Below are positions 6,981 to 16,091 of a stretch of 36,555 bases of DNA, one piece after another. Positions within the stretch are counted from its first letter, which is position 1. Each line of letters starts with the position of its first letter. A program made the position numbers and the translations under genes. The notes beneath the pieces were generated by a model. It saw only the letters and a list, made by a program, of their open reading frames with translations. It was not told the DNA's origin and ran no database searches. The stretch lies in IMG/VR virus record IMGVR_UViG_3300037722_000921, positions 1 to 36,555 of that record; one strand, given 5' to 3'. The DNA is from a virus (Duplodnaviria > Caudoviricetes).

Positions 6981-8717
6981 ATGCGAAGCGCGTTCGACAA
7001 GCTCAAAGAGTCGCGGATTCTGCACTACGACCGGCTGAAGCCGTTCCGGGAGCGGCGCGTCGAGGCGTTGGCGCACTACGTCGGCCCCTACTACGGGAAC
7101 CGAACGGGAGCGCAACAAGAGCCGGTGAACCTCATCGAACTGGGGGTCAACACGTACCTCCAGCACCTCGTCCCCCGCACCCCCCAGACGCGCATCGTCC
7201 CCCGCAAGGTGGAACTGTGGAGTTCGGCGTCCGACATGGAGGACGCCATCAACCAGATTCTCTTGCAGATCCGGTTCGAGACGACGATCCGGCTCGCGAC
7301 GTTGGAAGGGTTGTTCGGGCTGGGCGTCGTGAAGGTCGGGATCACCGGAGAGGAAGGCGAGTACCCGTTCGCGGAAGTGACGCTGTTCGACGATTGGGTC
7401 CACGACACCAAAGCCCGCTCGATCGAGGAGTTCCGATTCTGCGGGAATCGCTACCCCGTGGACTTGGAAGAAGTCCTGTCGAACGAGAACTTCGACGAAG
7501 CGGCGCGGAGCGAGTTGCGGAATTCGAGCGGAGAGGAGAGTTCGCCGTTCGAGCGGGAACCCGGCAAGAAGGCGGAGGACTTGTCGCGGAGCCGGGGATC
7601 GAGTCTGACCGGCGACGACGACGACCTGTACCGCAGCGTCGAGTTGTGGGATCTGTGGCTCCCCAAAGAAAACGTCATCCTGACTTTCGCCGAAGGGAAC
7701 ACGAAGCCGTTGAGCGAGGCGGAGTGGGGCGGACCGGCCAGCGGCCCGTACCGTCTGCTGCGGTTCAACGAAGTCTCCGGGAATGTGATGCCGTTGCCGC
7801 CGGTGTTTTCGTGGATGGACCTGCACATCCTCGTCAACAACCTGTACTGCAAACTGGGTGAGCAGGCCAGCCAACAGAAGACGGTGAACTACGCGCGACT
7901 GGCTGGCGGGGACGACGCGGAGCGGATCGTGAACGCCGAGAACGGATCGACGATCGGGGTTCAGGATCCCCAGAACGTGAAGTCTCATTCGTTCCCCGGC
8001 CCGGACAATCAGGTAATGGGGTTCGCGGCGGCGATGCGGCAGTTGGCGTCATACATGATGGGGAACATCGACGTGCTGGCTGGATTGTCGTCTCAGGCTG
8101 GAACAGCTTCCCAAGAGAACTTGTTGCATTCGAGCGCGTCGAATCGGGTGAACTCGATGCAGTCGCGGGTGAGCGATCTGACGCGGTACGTGATCCGCGA
8201 CATGGCATGGTGGATGTGGCCGGACCCGATGGTCCGCGTCCCGTTCGTGAAGAAGATCGAAGGCACGGAGTATCAGGGTCAAAGCTCGTGGCCCTACCAG
8301 AAGGACGAGCGGGGCATCGAACAGGACGTGCGGGGCGGGGACTTCAACGATTACGACTTCGAAGTGAAGCCCTACTCGTTGAGCGATCAATCTCCCGAGC
8401 AGGCGCTGGCCCGGATCGAGGAGACGTGGCGGCAGGACATCGTGCCGCTGGCCCCGATTCTCGAAGCGCAGGGACTGAAGTTGAACGCGGCCGAATACCT
8501 GAAGGTGAAGGCGAAGTACGCGGGGATCCCGGAGTTGTCGCGGATCGTCGAGATGACGCCGCCGACGCATTCTCCGGGCAGTCCGTCGGGCGAGATGCGG
8601 CCCCGCAAACCGGCCAGTACGACGCGGGAATACATTCGGAGAGGCGAGAGCAAGCAAGGCGGACTTCCGGCCGAGCAGGACATGATGGCCGGTGCGTCCA
8701 ATTCCACCCCCGTGTAG
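6981..8717 (+). CDS. portal protein
   Basis: 578 aa directly after TerL; GLFGLGVVKVG and TASQENLL motifs resemble P22/T7-like portals. Confidence 0.82.
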   Translation: MRSAFDKLKESRILHYDRLKPFRERRVEALAHYVGPYYGNRTGAQQEPVNLIELGVNTYLQHLVPRTPQTRIVPRKVELWSSASDMEDAINQILLQIRFETTIRLATLEGLFGLGVVKVGITGEEGEYPFAEVTLFDDWVHDTKARSIEEFRFCGNRYPVDLEEVLSNENFDEAARSELRNSSGEESSPFEREPGKKAEDLSRSRGSSLTGDDDDLYRSVELWDLWLPKENVILTFAEGNTKPLSEAEWGGPASGPYRLLRFNEVSGNVMPLPPVFSWMDLHILVNNLYCKLGEQASQQKTVNYARLAGGDDAERIVNAENGSTIGVQDPQNVKSHSFPGPDNQVMGFAAAMRQLASYMMGNIDVLAGLSSQAGTASQENLLHSSASNRVNSMQSRVSDLTRYVIRDMAWWMWPDPMVRVPFVKKIEGTEYQGQSSWPYQKDERGIEQDVRGGDFNDYDFEVKPYSLSDQSPEQALARIEETWRQDIVPLAPILEAQGLKLNAAEYLKVKAKYAGIPELSRIVEMTPPTHSPGSPSGEMRPRKPASTTREYIRRGESKQGGLPAEQDMMAGASNSTPV

Positions 8718-8727
8718 GAGAGAGAAG

Positions 8728-8817
8728 ATGGCAGGCAAGAGTAAGGGAAAGCCGAAGGAGAAGCCGAAGTCGCCCCCCAAGGGGAAGCAGAAGAAAAAGC
8801 CGGTGAAGGGGTATTGA
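8728..8817 (+). CDS. tiny Lys/Pro-rich basic peptide (29 aa)
   Basis: AGGAG RBS; MAGKSKGKPKEKPKSPPKGKQKKKPVKGY. Confidence 0.55.
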   Translation: MAGKSKGKPKEKPKSPPKGKQKKKPVKGY

Positions 8818-8843
8818 TCGTTTTCCGGCGCACGCGCCAGAAT
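8812..8843 (+). promoter_or_regulatory. putative promoter, copy 3 of motif
   Basis: TATTGATCGTTTTC; TTGATC-18 nt-CAGAAT. Confidence 0.55.
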
Positions 8844-8849
8844 GCGAGT

Positions 8850-8985
8850 AGATGAATCACGGGGCTGGCGGGCGACCGTCAGCGACATGAGGCATAGGCG
8901 GGGTAGCTCCCCACCGAGAAGTGCCATTACCACTCCGCAGCCGTAATGGGGCTGACGTTCGGAACGTCACGCCCCGTTTTCTTTT
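8850..8985 (+). ncRNA. candidate structured small RNA or attenuator leader
   Basis: Promoter upstream; GNRA hairpin 8864-8883; nested stem 8891-8925; alternative stem 8924-8949; terminator at 3' end. Confidence 0.45.
8945..8985 (+). terminator. intrinsic terminator
   Basis: GGGGC-TGACGTT-CGG-AACGTCA-C-GCCCC followed by GTTTTCTTTT. Confidence 0.7.
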
Positions 8986-9002
8986 GCGCTGCGAGTCGAG
9001 AG

Positions 9003-9326
9003 ATGGCCCTCAAGATCGGATCGAAGGCGAAGTACCTGTCCGCGAAGCCGCGCCGGAAGCGGCGTGTCGCGCGCAGCACCGTCTTCGCGCCGTTCGGCGG
9101 CCATCTCCCGAACTGCTGGCCCATGACGTGCGACGCCTCGGGCGTGAACCCGATTCAGCGCGAAGAGGCGATGCGCCACGCGCAGGAGATCGGCGTCCCC
9201 ACCGAGTTCAACGCCGAAGGGCAGGCCGTCTACACGTCCCAGCGGCACCGCAAGGCATACCTGCGGGCCATCGGGATGTACGACAGAAACGCCGGCTACG
9301 GCGATCCGGAACCCATCAACAGGTGA
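9003..9326 (+). CDS. hypothetical head-module protein (107 aa)
   Basis: ATG 9003 after the terminator; ends 3 nt before scaffold start; the ORF-track start at 8946 lies inside the hairpin. Confidence 0.7.
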   Translation: MALKIGSKAKYLSAKPRRKRRVARSTVFAPFGGHLPNCWPMTCDASGVNPIQREEAMRHAQEIGVPTEFNAEGQAVYTSQRHRKAYLRAIGMYDRNAGYGDPEPINR

Positions 9327-9329
9327 GTC

Positions 9330-10322
9330 ATGGCTGTGGAAGACACGCAAGTCGCGGAACCGCTGGAAACGGCAACCGAACCGTCGGAGTACGACTTCGA
9401 CGATCCGATGTTCGACCGCGAGAGTGCGGACACCGAATCAGAGGAAACGAACGAAACAGCGGAAGCACCCGAGGGCGTCGAGGAGACTCCGCCCGAGGAC
9501 ACCGGCGAGGTCGCCGATGAGGCCGTCCCGGACATCCCGTTCAGCGACGAGTTGCTGATCCGGGCTGGCGAACTGGGATTCACGGCCGGAGAGGTGAGTC
9601 GCTTCGGTTCTCCCGAAGCGTTGCAGACGGCGTTGGACGCATCGGAGCGGGCGATCCTGCAAATGCTCGGTTCCAAGAAGGAACCCGAGCCGGAGCAAGC
9701 CGCCGAGACCGTCGAGACGTTCGAGTTCAACCGCGAAAAGCTCTTGGAGAAGTTCGACGAGGAGTACGTGGACTTCCTGGAGAGCAACGAGCGTCGCCAT
9801 TTCGAATCGCGTCAGGCGCTTCGGAAGGAACTGGCCGACCTGCACACGCAGTTGGGGGAGTTGAAGCAACACACGGAGAGTTCGCAGCGCGAAATCCAAG
9901 AGCGTCAGGCCGAGGAGCAGCAGTCTCGGTTCGACGCATTCATCGACGGCTTGGGAGAGGAGTACCGCGACCTGTTGGGGAGCGGTCCCTCGAAGAAGAT
10001 GCCGCCGACGAGTGCGGAGTTCCGGAACCGCGTCGAGGTCTGGGAGCGGATGCAGGCGTTGCGGGCTTGGCACATGCAGCGCGGCCATGCGCCCGAAGCG
10101 GACAAGTTGTACCGCGAAGCACTCCATGCCGCATTCGGCGACCAGTTTCAAACAATCGCTCGCAAGCAAATCGAGACGACATCGGCGACCCGGCGCAAGT
10201 CGGCCATCGCCCGCCCGGCGGGACGCGAAGGCACGGTCGATCCAACGACCAAAGCGGCCCAACGCATCGAGAAGTTCTGGGCGGAGCATGGAAAAGTCAC
10301 CGAGCCGGTCGGTGAGCTGTGA
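9330..10322 (+). CDS. capsid scaffolding protein (putative)
   Basis: Highly acidic N-terminus, coiled-coil middle, basic C-terminal region; directly upstream of capsid gene. Confidence 0.75.
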   Translation: MAVEDTQVAEPLETATEPSEYDFDDPMFDRESADTESEETNETAEAPEGVEETPPEDTGEVADEAVPDIPFSDELLIRAGELGFTAGEVSRFGSPEALQTALDASERAILQMLGSKKEPEPEQAAETVETFEFNREKLLEKFDEEYVDFLESNERRHFESRQALRKELADLHTQLGELKQHTESSQREIQERQAEEQQSRFDAFIDGLGEEYRDLLGSGPSKKMPPTSAEFRNRVEVWERMQALRAWHMQRGHAPEADKLYREALHAAFGDQFQTIARKQIETTSATRRKSAIARPAGREGTVDPTTKAAQRIEKFWAEHGKVTEPVGEL

Positions 10323-10338
10323 GTTCAAGGAGAGATAG

Positions 10339-11403
10339 ATGGCCAACACCCTGCTGGCAGACATTCCGGACCTCGTGACCGGAACGCTCCGAGACTTGGG
10401 GCGGCCCAAGTTCACGCAAATCGCGCAGAACTTGCAGTCCTACGAAGTCATCGGCAAGTGGTTCAAGAAGGACAAGGTGAAGTTCCACGACGGGTACGGC
10501 GTCCAGCGCACGCTGATGACTTCGCTTCCGGGCGAAGTGCATTACGGCGGGATCGACGAGCCGGACACGACGAGCATCCCGAACCTGCTCACGCAGATGC
10601 GGGTGGACTACTGCCACATCAAGACCTCGTGGGGCTTCTACTACCAGGAAGTGCTCGCGAACCGCGGCAAGAGCCTGATCGTCAACGTCATCGAGCCGCG
10701 TCGCGCGGGGGCGTTGATCCGCTTGGCGGAGGCTCTGGAGCGCACCGCGTGGCAGGCTCCGGCCACTTCCGCCGACCTGACCGTGCCTTTCGGTCTGCCG
10801 TACTGGGTGGTCTACAACGCCAGCACCGGGTTCACCGGCGGGGCGGCGTCGGGCCACACCACGGTGGCGGGTGTCAACCTCACCGACAACCCGACGTTCA
10901 AGAACTACTCGGTGCAGTACACGAACGTCACGAAGACGGACCTCATCAAGAAGCTCCGGCGGATGCACCAGGAGATCCGCTGGGAGTCTCCGCTGGACGT
11001 GAAGGGGGACCAGGGCTCGAAGATGCGTCTCTACTGCGACTGGACCGTGAACTCCGAACTGGAGGACATCGGCGAGGGGCAGAACGAGAACCTGGGTCGC
11101 GACTTGGCCCCGATGGGAACGGCCCGCGACGTGCGGTTCGTGGACGACGTGCTGACGTTCCGCCGGCACCCGATCCGCCCGGTCAAGCAACTGGACGACA
11201 CGGCCGTCTACACGGCCGCGACCAGTCCGGTCTACATGATCGACCACGACACGTTCTACCCGATCTGTCTGGAAGGGGACTACCTCCGCGAAAGCGACGC
11301 GACCCCCGACCCGGTCAATCACAACGCGTTCCAGGTCTTCTTGGATCTGTCGAACCAGTACATCTGCGACAACCGCCGCCGTAACGGCATTGCCGCGAAG
11401 TAA
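10339..11403 (+). CDS. major capsid protein (HK97 fold, putative)
   Basis: AAGGAG RBS, 354 aa, strong codon bias, position after scaffold, PFGLPYWV and C-terminal CDNRRRNG. Confidence 0.85.
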   Translation: MANTLLADIPDLVTGTLRDLGRPKFTQIAQNLQSYEVIGKWFKKDKVKFHDGYGVQRTLMTSLPGEVHYGGIDEPDTTSIPNLLTQMRVDYCHIKTSWGFYYQEVLANRGKSLIVNVIEPRRAGALIRLAEALERTAWQAPATSADLTVPFGLPYWVVYNASTGFTGGAASGHTTVAGVNLTDNPTFKNYSVQYTNVTKTDLIKKLRRMHQEIRWESPLDVKGDQGSKMRLYCDWTVNSELEDIGEGQNENLGRDLAPMGTARDVRFVDDVLTFRRHPIRPVKQLDDTAVYTAATSPVYMIDHDTFYPICLEGDYLRESDATPDPVNHNAFQVFLDLSNQYICDNRRRNGIAAK

Positions 11404-11433
11404 CACCCAGCCAACCAGCAGGAGGATCGATAG

Positions 11434-12216
11434 ATGGCACTTTTGACGAACTTTCTCGGCCAGTCGAACTCGCTTCCGAGTCCCGCGATTTGGGACCGCT
11501 TCCCGTTCATCGAGGCGGTGAAGAACAAGGACGTGTTCGAGTTCTACGACGACTTCCGCCGCTTCAACCTCACGTCGGGCAATCCGTGGGTCACGGACGT
11601 GTCGGACAATTTGGCGACGGCGGCGAACGTCACCAATTCGCCGGACGGCCTGTTGCGTCTGGCGATCACGGGGGACGACAACGAGGAAGTCTGGATCATC
11701 GCCGACACCACCGGCGGGATGATGAGCCTCAAGGCCGATCGTGGGGACGCGGCCTACGAATGCCGTTTCGCCAAGTCGAGCATCGCGACCGACACGGCGA
11801 TCGCGTTCGGGATGGTCGTGAACGGCACGGCGGCCGGCGACGACGTGATTCAGGTGGATACCACCGGTGAGTTGGCGGACGTGAGCTACATCGCGTTCAG
11901 CAACCTGCATACGGCTGGCGCGACGTTGCGGTTCAGCTACCGCACGGCTTCCGGCACGGCCGTCACGCATGTCGCGGCGGCGCACACGATGGTCGCTGCG
12001 ACGTTCGCCAAGGCGGGCTTCGTGTACGAGCAGGGCACCGGCAAGGTGCAAGCCTACATCAACGGGGCCAAGGTCGGGTTGCCGGTCGCCATCTCGGCCA
12101 CCGGGTTCCCCGACAACGTGACGCTGACGCCGTTCTTCGCGGCCAAGGTGGGCGACGATCTGGCCGTCAACCTTGATTGCGCGTGGGTTCGTTGCGCCCA
12201 GAAGATCGTGGCCTGA
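11434..12216 (+). CDS. putative capsid decoration / minor structural protein (beta-sandwich, ConA-like)
   Basis: AGGAGG RBS; FYDDF N-terminal motif, VQAYINGAKV, beta-rich; follows capsid gene. Confidence 0.55.
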   Translation: MALLTNFLGQSNSLPSPAIWDRFPFIEAVKNKDVFEFYDDFRRFNLTSGNPWVTDVSDNLATAANVTNSPDGLLRLAITGDDNEEVWIIADTTGGMMSLKADRGDAAYECRFAKSSIATDTAIAFGMVVNGTAAGDDVIQVDTTGELADVSYIAFSNLHTAGATLRFSYRTASGTAVTHVAAAHTMVAATFAKAGFVYEQGTGKVQAYINGAKVGLPVAISATGFPDNVTLTPFFAAKVGDDLAVNLDCAWVRCAQKIVA

Positions 12217-12247
12217 TTCACACTCCGACTCCTGAAGGGAGATTGCA

Positions 12248-12409
12248 ATGAAGAGTTCGATGCCTCACGACAAGAACGCCGGCGAGCACAAGGGTGCGGA
12301 CAAGGGGCACGGCGCGGACTACGCCCCGATCAAGACGACGAAGGACAACAGCAAGTCGGTGGCGAAGGCCGCCGCGAACGCCGTGAAGTCCAACCCGTCG
12401 GGTTCCTGA
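12248..12409 (+). CDS. small hydrophilic peptide (53 aa)
   Basis: AAGGGAG RBS; MKSSMPHDKNAGEHKGADKGHG...; codon usage matches neighbours. Confidence 0.55.
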   Translation: MKSSMPHDKNAGEHKGADKGHGADYAPIKTTKDNSKSVAKAAANAVKSNPSGS

Positions 12410-12438
12410 TTTCCGCTTCATGCAGGGCGGAATTACCC

Positions 12439-12475
12439 CGGCGCGGGGAGCTTCGGTTCCCCGCGCCGTTACTTT
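12439..12475 (+). terminator. stable hairpin / probable intrinsic terminator after capsid genes
   Basis: CGGCGCGGGGAGC-TTCG-GTTCCCCGCGCCG then TTACTTT. Confidence 0.65.
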
Positions 12476-12490
12476 CAACCGGAGAGATTC

Positions 12491-12877
12491 ATGGACGTGC
12501 GAGACGCGGATCGCCTGCGGACGATGCTGAAGGTGCATCACGACGCGCCGATTCCGGACGAGATCGTGAACCTGTACGACGAGTTGCGGGAGTTGATGCC
12601 GCAATCGAAGTCGTTCCACGCGCATCCCGACACGCTAGGGATTCTGGTTCTGCTGTCCCGGCACCTGGCGATCGCCGGCGCGTTCGATTGGAACACCGTC
12701 CCGGTGGGTTCGGCCGTGCTGTTCGACGAAGGCTACGGCGAAGTCGAGGGGACGCTGATCCGCGTCGCGAGCGGGAAGCACGCCGGGAAGTTGCACATCC
12801 GGCCGAACGACTCGGAGACCGGCTACCGCGTCATCGAGGCGTCGCTGGCTCGGGTGGCCGACTTGGTGGAGGCGTAA
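12491..12877 (+). CDS. hypothetical protein (128 aa)
   Basis: GGAG RBS; abuts next gene. Confidence 0.75.
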   Translation: MDVRDADRLRTMLKVHHDAPIPDEIVNLYDELRELMPQSKSFHAHPDTLGILVLLSRHLAIAGAFDWNTVPVGSAVLFDEGYGEVEGTLIRVASGKHAGKLHIRPNDSETGYRVIEASLARVADLVEA

Positions 12878-14539
12878 ATGTCCCTGTCCCTGCACTACAC
12901 CGACTTCTGCCGGGAGGCCATGCGGCCGCTCGGGATGGGGAAGGTGTATCACGCGGGGACGGTCGCGATCGCCTCCGGAGTCGTCACGCTCACCGGCGGA
13001 GCCTTCCCATCGTGGGCAGGTCAAGCGGTGCTGCAAATCGGCGACGACGGCTACACGGTCGATACGCGCGACAACGGCACGCAAGTCACGCTGGACGACA
13101 CCAGTATCAACGTCCCGGCGGGTCGGCCGTATGCGTTGTTCCAGACGATGAAGCGCTCGGACGACGAATGGTATCGGGTTCGGGATTGGGTTCGCGCTGG
13201 TGAGCGGCAGTTCTACTACCCACAACCGCTGTTGCGGGCCGAAGGGGGTAAGCCGGTCCTCGCGGACAAGCCGCATCAATGGAGCTTCCTCAACCCGGTG
13301 GCGGTGCTGAGTCTCACCGAGGGGCAGTACGTCGTGAACCTGCCGGACGACTTCGGGCAGGACTTGAAAGGCGTCACGTTCTCGTCCGATTCTGCGCAGT
13401 CTCCCATCAAGGTCGTGACGGACACGCACCTGAGGGCGCTGCGGGCGCGGGGCGCGACGGCAGGGGTTCCGAAGTACGTGTCGGTACGGCCACAAGACTT
13501 CACCGGCACGGGAGCGCAGAAGTTCGCGGCGGCGTTCCATCCCACTCCCGACGCCGGCTACCTCGTCGAGTTCGCGGGGAACGTGGTTCCGCTGGGGATG
13601 AATCCGGATCATCCCTACCCGCTGGGAGGCGGGGTTCATGCGGAGACGATTCTGGCGAGCATTCAGTTGGTGGCCGAGGATCAGGACGCTGGCGATGGTG
13701 CGGTGCGGGCGAAGTACATGGAGCGATTGGCGTCCAGCGTTCAGTACGACTTGGAAGTGCTGAACCGGGACTCGTCGAGTTGGAGCCTCATCGAACCGGA
13801 ATACGGGCACTTCGACTGGTTCCGCCGCGCGACGGGAGACTTGTACGGATTCGGGGCGGACGATGCGAGTTGGAACCACGAACAGCGCGGGCGGGTGAAT
13901 CGCATCGTTCAAGCCGGGATTCGGAGGGTCTATTACAACCAGCACGATTGGCACTTCCTCAAGCCGGAGTTCCAGTTCCAAACGGTTTCGGGCGTGGACG
14001 ATTACGTGCTGGACGGCGGGTGCGGTGGGTTGATCGGCGAGTTGAGCATCGACCGCGACGGCGGCATCGGGATCCCTCTCAAGAAGATCGCGTACGCGCA
14101 CCTGTTGCGGCTGCGGAGCATGGGTCAGTTCACGTCGGCGCATCCGCTGTACTACTCGGAGTACCCGCTGGCGAGCGGCGGGACGATGCATCAGAAGTGG
14201 GGGATCGGCTTCCATCCGACGCCGGGTTCCAGCGTGACGGTGCGGGGCCGGATGCGGGTGATTCCTCCCGAGTTGAGCGACGACCACCCGTTTCCCTACG
14301 GCGGTCCGCCGCACGTCGAGACGTTTCTGGAATCATGCCTGGCGCTCGTGGAACAGGAGACGGGTCGGCAGAGTGGACATATCGCGGCGTTCGGAGAGCG
14401 ATTGGCGGCGAGCGTGCAATACGACTCGAACAACCGCCGTCCGGAGTTCTTCGGCGGCGGGGCGAGCATGAACTACGGCGATTGGGTTCCGGCGATGAAG
14501 GATCACCTGAATCAGTTCGGGAGCGTGACGATCGTTTGA
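12878..14539 (+). CDS. head-tail adaptor / tail tubular A-like protein, internally duplicated
   Basis: Two copies of W(S/H)FL-P...FHPTP...HP(Y/F)P-GG--H-ET-L-S...ERLA-SVQYD; YVVNLPDDF motif typical of podovirus adaptors. Confidence 0.65.
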   Translation: MSLSLHYTDFCREAMRPLGMGKVYHAGTVAIASGVVTLTGGAFPSWAGQAVLQIGDDGYTVDTRDNGTQVTLDDTSINVPAGRPYALFQTMKRSDDEWYRVRDWVRAGERQFYYPQPLLRAEGGKPVLADKPHQWSFLNPVAVLSLTEGQYVVNLPDDFGQDLKGVTFSSDSAQSPIKVVTDTHLRALRARGATAGVPKYVSVRPQDFTGTGAQKFAAAFHPTPDAGYLVEFAGNVVPLGMNPDHPYPLGGGVHAETILASIQLVAEDQDAGDGAVRAKYMERLASSVQYDLEVLNRDSSSWSLIEPEYGHFDWFRRATGDLYGFGADDASWNHEQRGRVNRIVQAGIRRVYYNQHDWHFLKPEFQFQTVSGVDDYVLDGGCGGLIGELSIDRDGGIGIPLKKIAYAHLLRLRSMGQFTSAHPLYYSEYPLASGGTMHQKWGIGFHPTPGSSVTVRGRMRVIPPELSDDHPFPYGGPPHVETFLESCLALVEQETGRQSGHIAAFGERLAASVQYDSNNRRPEFFGGGASMNYGDWVPAMKDHLNQFGSVTIV

Positions 14540-14618
14540 CGGGATCCCGTAACCGTTCAACCCGCATGTGGCGGGGCCGAGAGGCAGCGGGACGAGTTTC
14601 AAGAAAGGCGGTGCTGTG

Positions 14619-15254
14619 ATGAGTGCAAGGAACGTGAAGCGGCAAATCGAGGCGTTGTTCGCCAATGGCGACACGATCGAGGGGCTGGTGCTCAACCCGG
14701 AAGAGAATCAAGGGGCCATGAAGGCCGAGTCGCTGGCGCTCGGGGCGGACGGTTCCGAAGTCCTGGTCACTGCCACGGCGGACGAGATCAACCGGGCGGC
14801 GGACGTGTCCTCGCGCATTGTGTCGGTGGATACCTCCACGCTGGACGTGACGGTCGCGGATCACGACGGCAGGACGATCGTGTTCAACCGGGCGGCGGGA
14901 ATCGCGGTGGAGCTGCCTGCCGCGACGGGGAGCGGGGCGCGGTTCCGGTTCGTGGTCGGCACGGCCTTCACCGGGGACGCGACGATCGCGGTCAATGCCG
15001 ATCCCGGCACCGACACGATGGTCGGGCTGGTGCTGGGCTTGGACGGTGACGGCGTTCCGGCGAACGCTTGGACCGTGGGCGGCACGAACGACACGATCAC
15101 GATGGACGGCTCGGCCAGTCCGAACATGACTCAGGGCGGATTCGCCGGGGACATGTACGAGATCGAGGACATCGCCGACTCGCTGTGGCAGGTCAACGGC
15201 TTCATCAAGCAGACGGGCACCGAAGCGACTCCGATGAGCGCTGGCGTTCCGTAA
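14619..15254 (+). CDS. virion structural protein (~211 aa)
   Basis: AGAAAGG RBS; VTATADEIN and AVELPAATGSGARFRFVV motifs seen in phage fibre/structural proteins. Confidence 0.6.
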   Translation: MSARNVKRQIEALFANGDTIEGLVLNPEENQGAMKAESLALGADGSEVLVTATADEINRAADVSSRIVSVDTSTLDVTVADHDGRTIVFNRAAGIAVELPAATGSGARFRFVVGTAFTGDATIAVNADPGTDTMVGLVLGLDGDGVPANAWTVGGTNDTITMDGSASPNMTQGGFAGDMYEIEDIADSLWQVNGFIKQTGTEATPMSAGVP

Positions 15255-15301
15255 CAGTCCGGGTCTGGCGGTCCGGTTGGGGCCGCCTTGGGAGATAGCC
15301 G

Positions 15302-15742
15302 ATGGCCGCCACGCTGCGCGTCTGGAAGAAATTCGAAGTCACGATCGACGGGGTTCCGATCGAAGGCGGCTCGCTCACCGTCCCGGATTCGATTTCGGTC
15401 GGGGGCGCGAAGGCGGACCTCACGAAGTCCCTCGCGACGGCGACGACGTGGGACGTGTGGGAGAGCGGAGCCGAGGAGCCGATCACCGACTTCGATTACC
15501 TGTGGGTCGAGGCGGACGGCGACGTGTACCTCGAACTCACGGTGGACAAGGCGGCGGATGTCGGCACCGAGGAGATCGCGATCCAAGTCGCGTCGGGCAA
15601 GCCGTTCGACTTGGCGACGGACGTTGGAAAATCCAACTACACCACGGATTTTGGTGCGGGTTCGGACGACGTGATCGACAAGATTCGGATTCGGAACGAG
15701 TCGGGCGCGACTGTGAATGTTCGGGTTGTCTTGGTCACTTAG
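15302..15742 (+). CDS. putative structural protein (146 aa)
   Basis: GGGAG RBS; beta-rich, acidic. Confidence 0.7.
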   Translation: MAATLRVWKKFEVTIDGVPIEGGSLTVPDSISVGGAKADLTKSLATATTWDVWESGAEEPITDFDYLWVEADGDVYLELTVDKAADVGTEEIAIQVASGKPFDLATDVGKSNYTTDFGAGSDDVIDKIRIRNESGATVNVRVVLVT

Positions 15743-15751
15743 GAGAGAGCG

Positions 15752-16084
15752 ATGCGAGCCGAACCGAACACGACTTTTCTCGTCACTCCGCGTACCCATG
15801 CACCGGCTGCGGACACGGCGGCGATCATCACGATCGCGGCGGTGGCGGACGAGACGCACGTCGTCGATGCCGTCCAGTGGAGCTACAGCGAAGCGCCGAC
15901 CGGGGGTTCGTTGACGATCACGGTCAACGCGGTGACGAAGTTCAAGATCGCCATCACGGCGGCGGGGCCGGGCTTCATCAACTTTCCACAAGGGCTGTAC
16001 GGCGACGTGAATCAGGCGGTCGTCATCACGCTGGCGGCTGGGGCCGGGACGTGCGTGGGGATCGTCAGCGCTCAAACGCATTGA
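15752..16084 (+). CDS. putative structural protein (110 aa)
   Basis: AGGAG RBS; Ala/Thr/Val-rich beta-sandwich character. Confidence 0.7.
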   Translation: MRAEPNTTFLVTPRTHAPAADTAAIITIAAVADETHVVDAVQWSYSEAPTGGSLTITVNAVTKFKIAITAAGPGFINFPQGLYGDVNQAVVITLAAGAGTCVGIVSAQTH

Positions 16085-16091
16085 GGATTCC

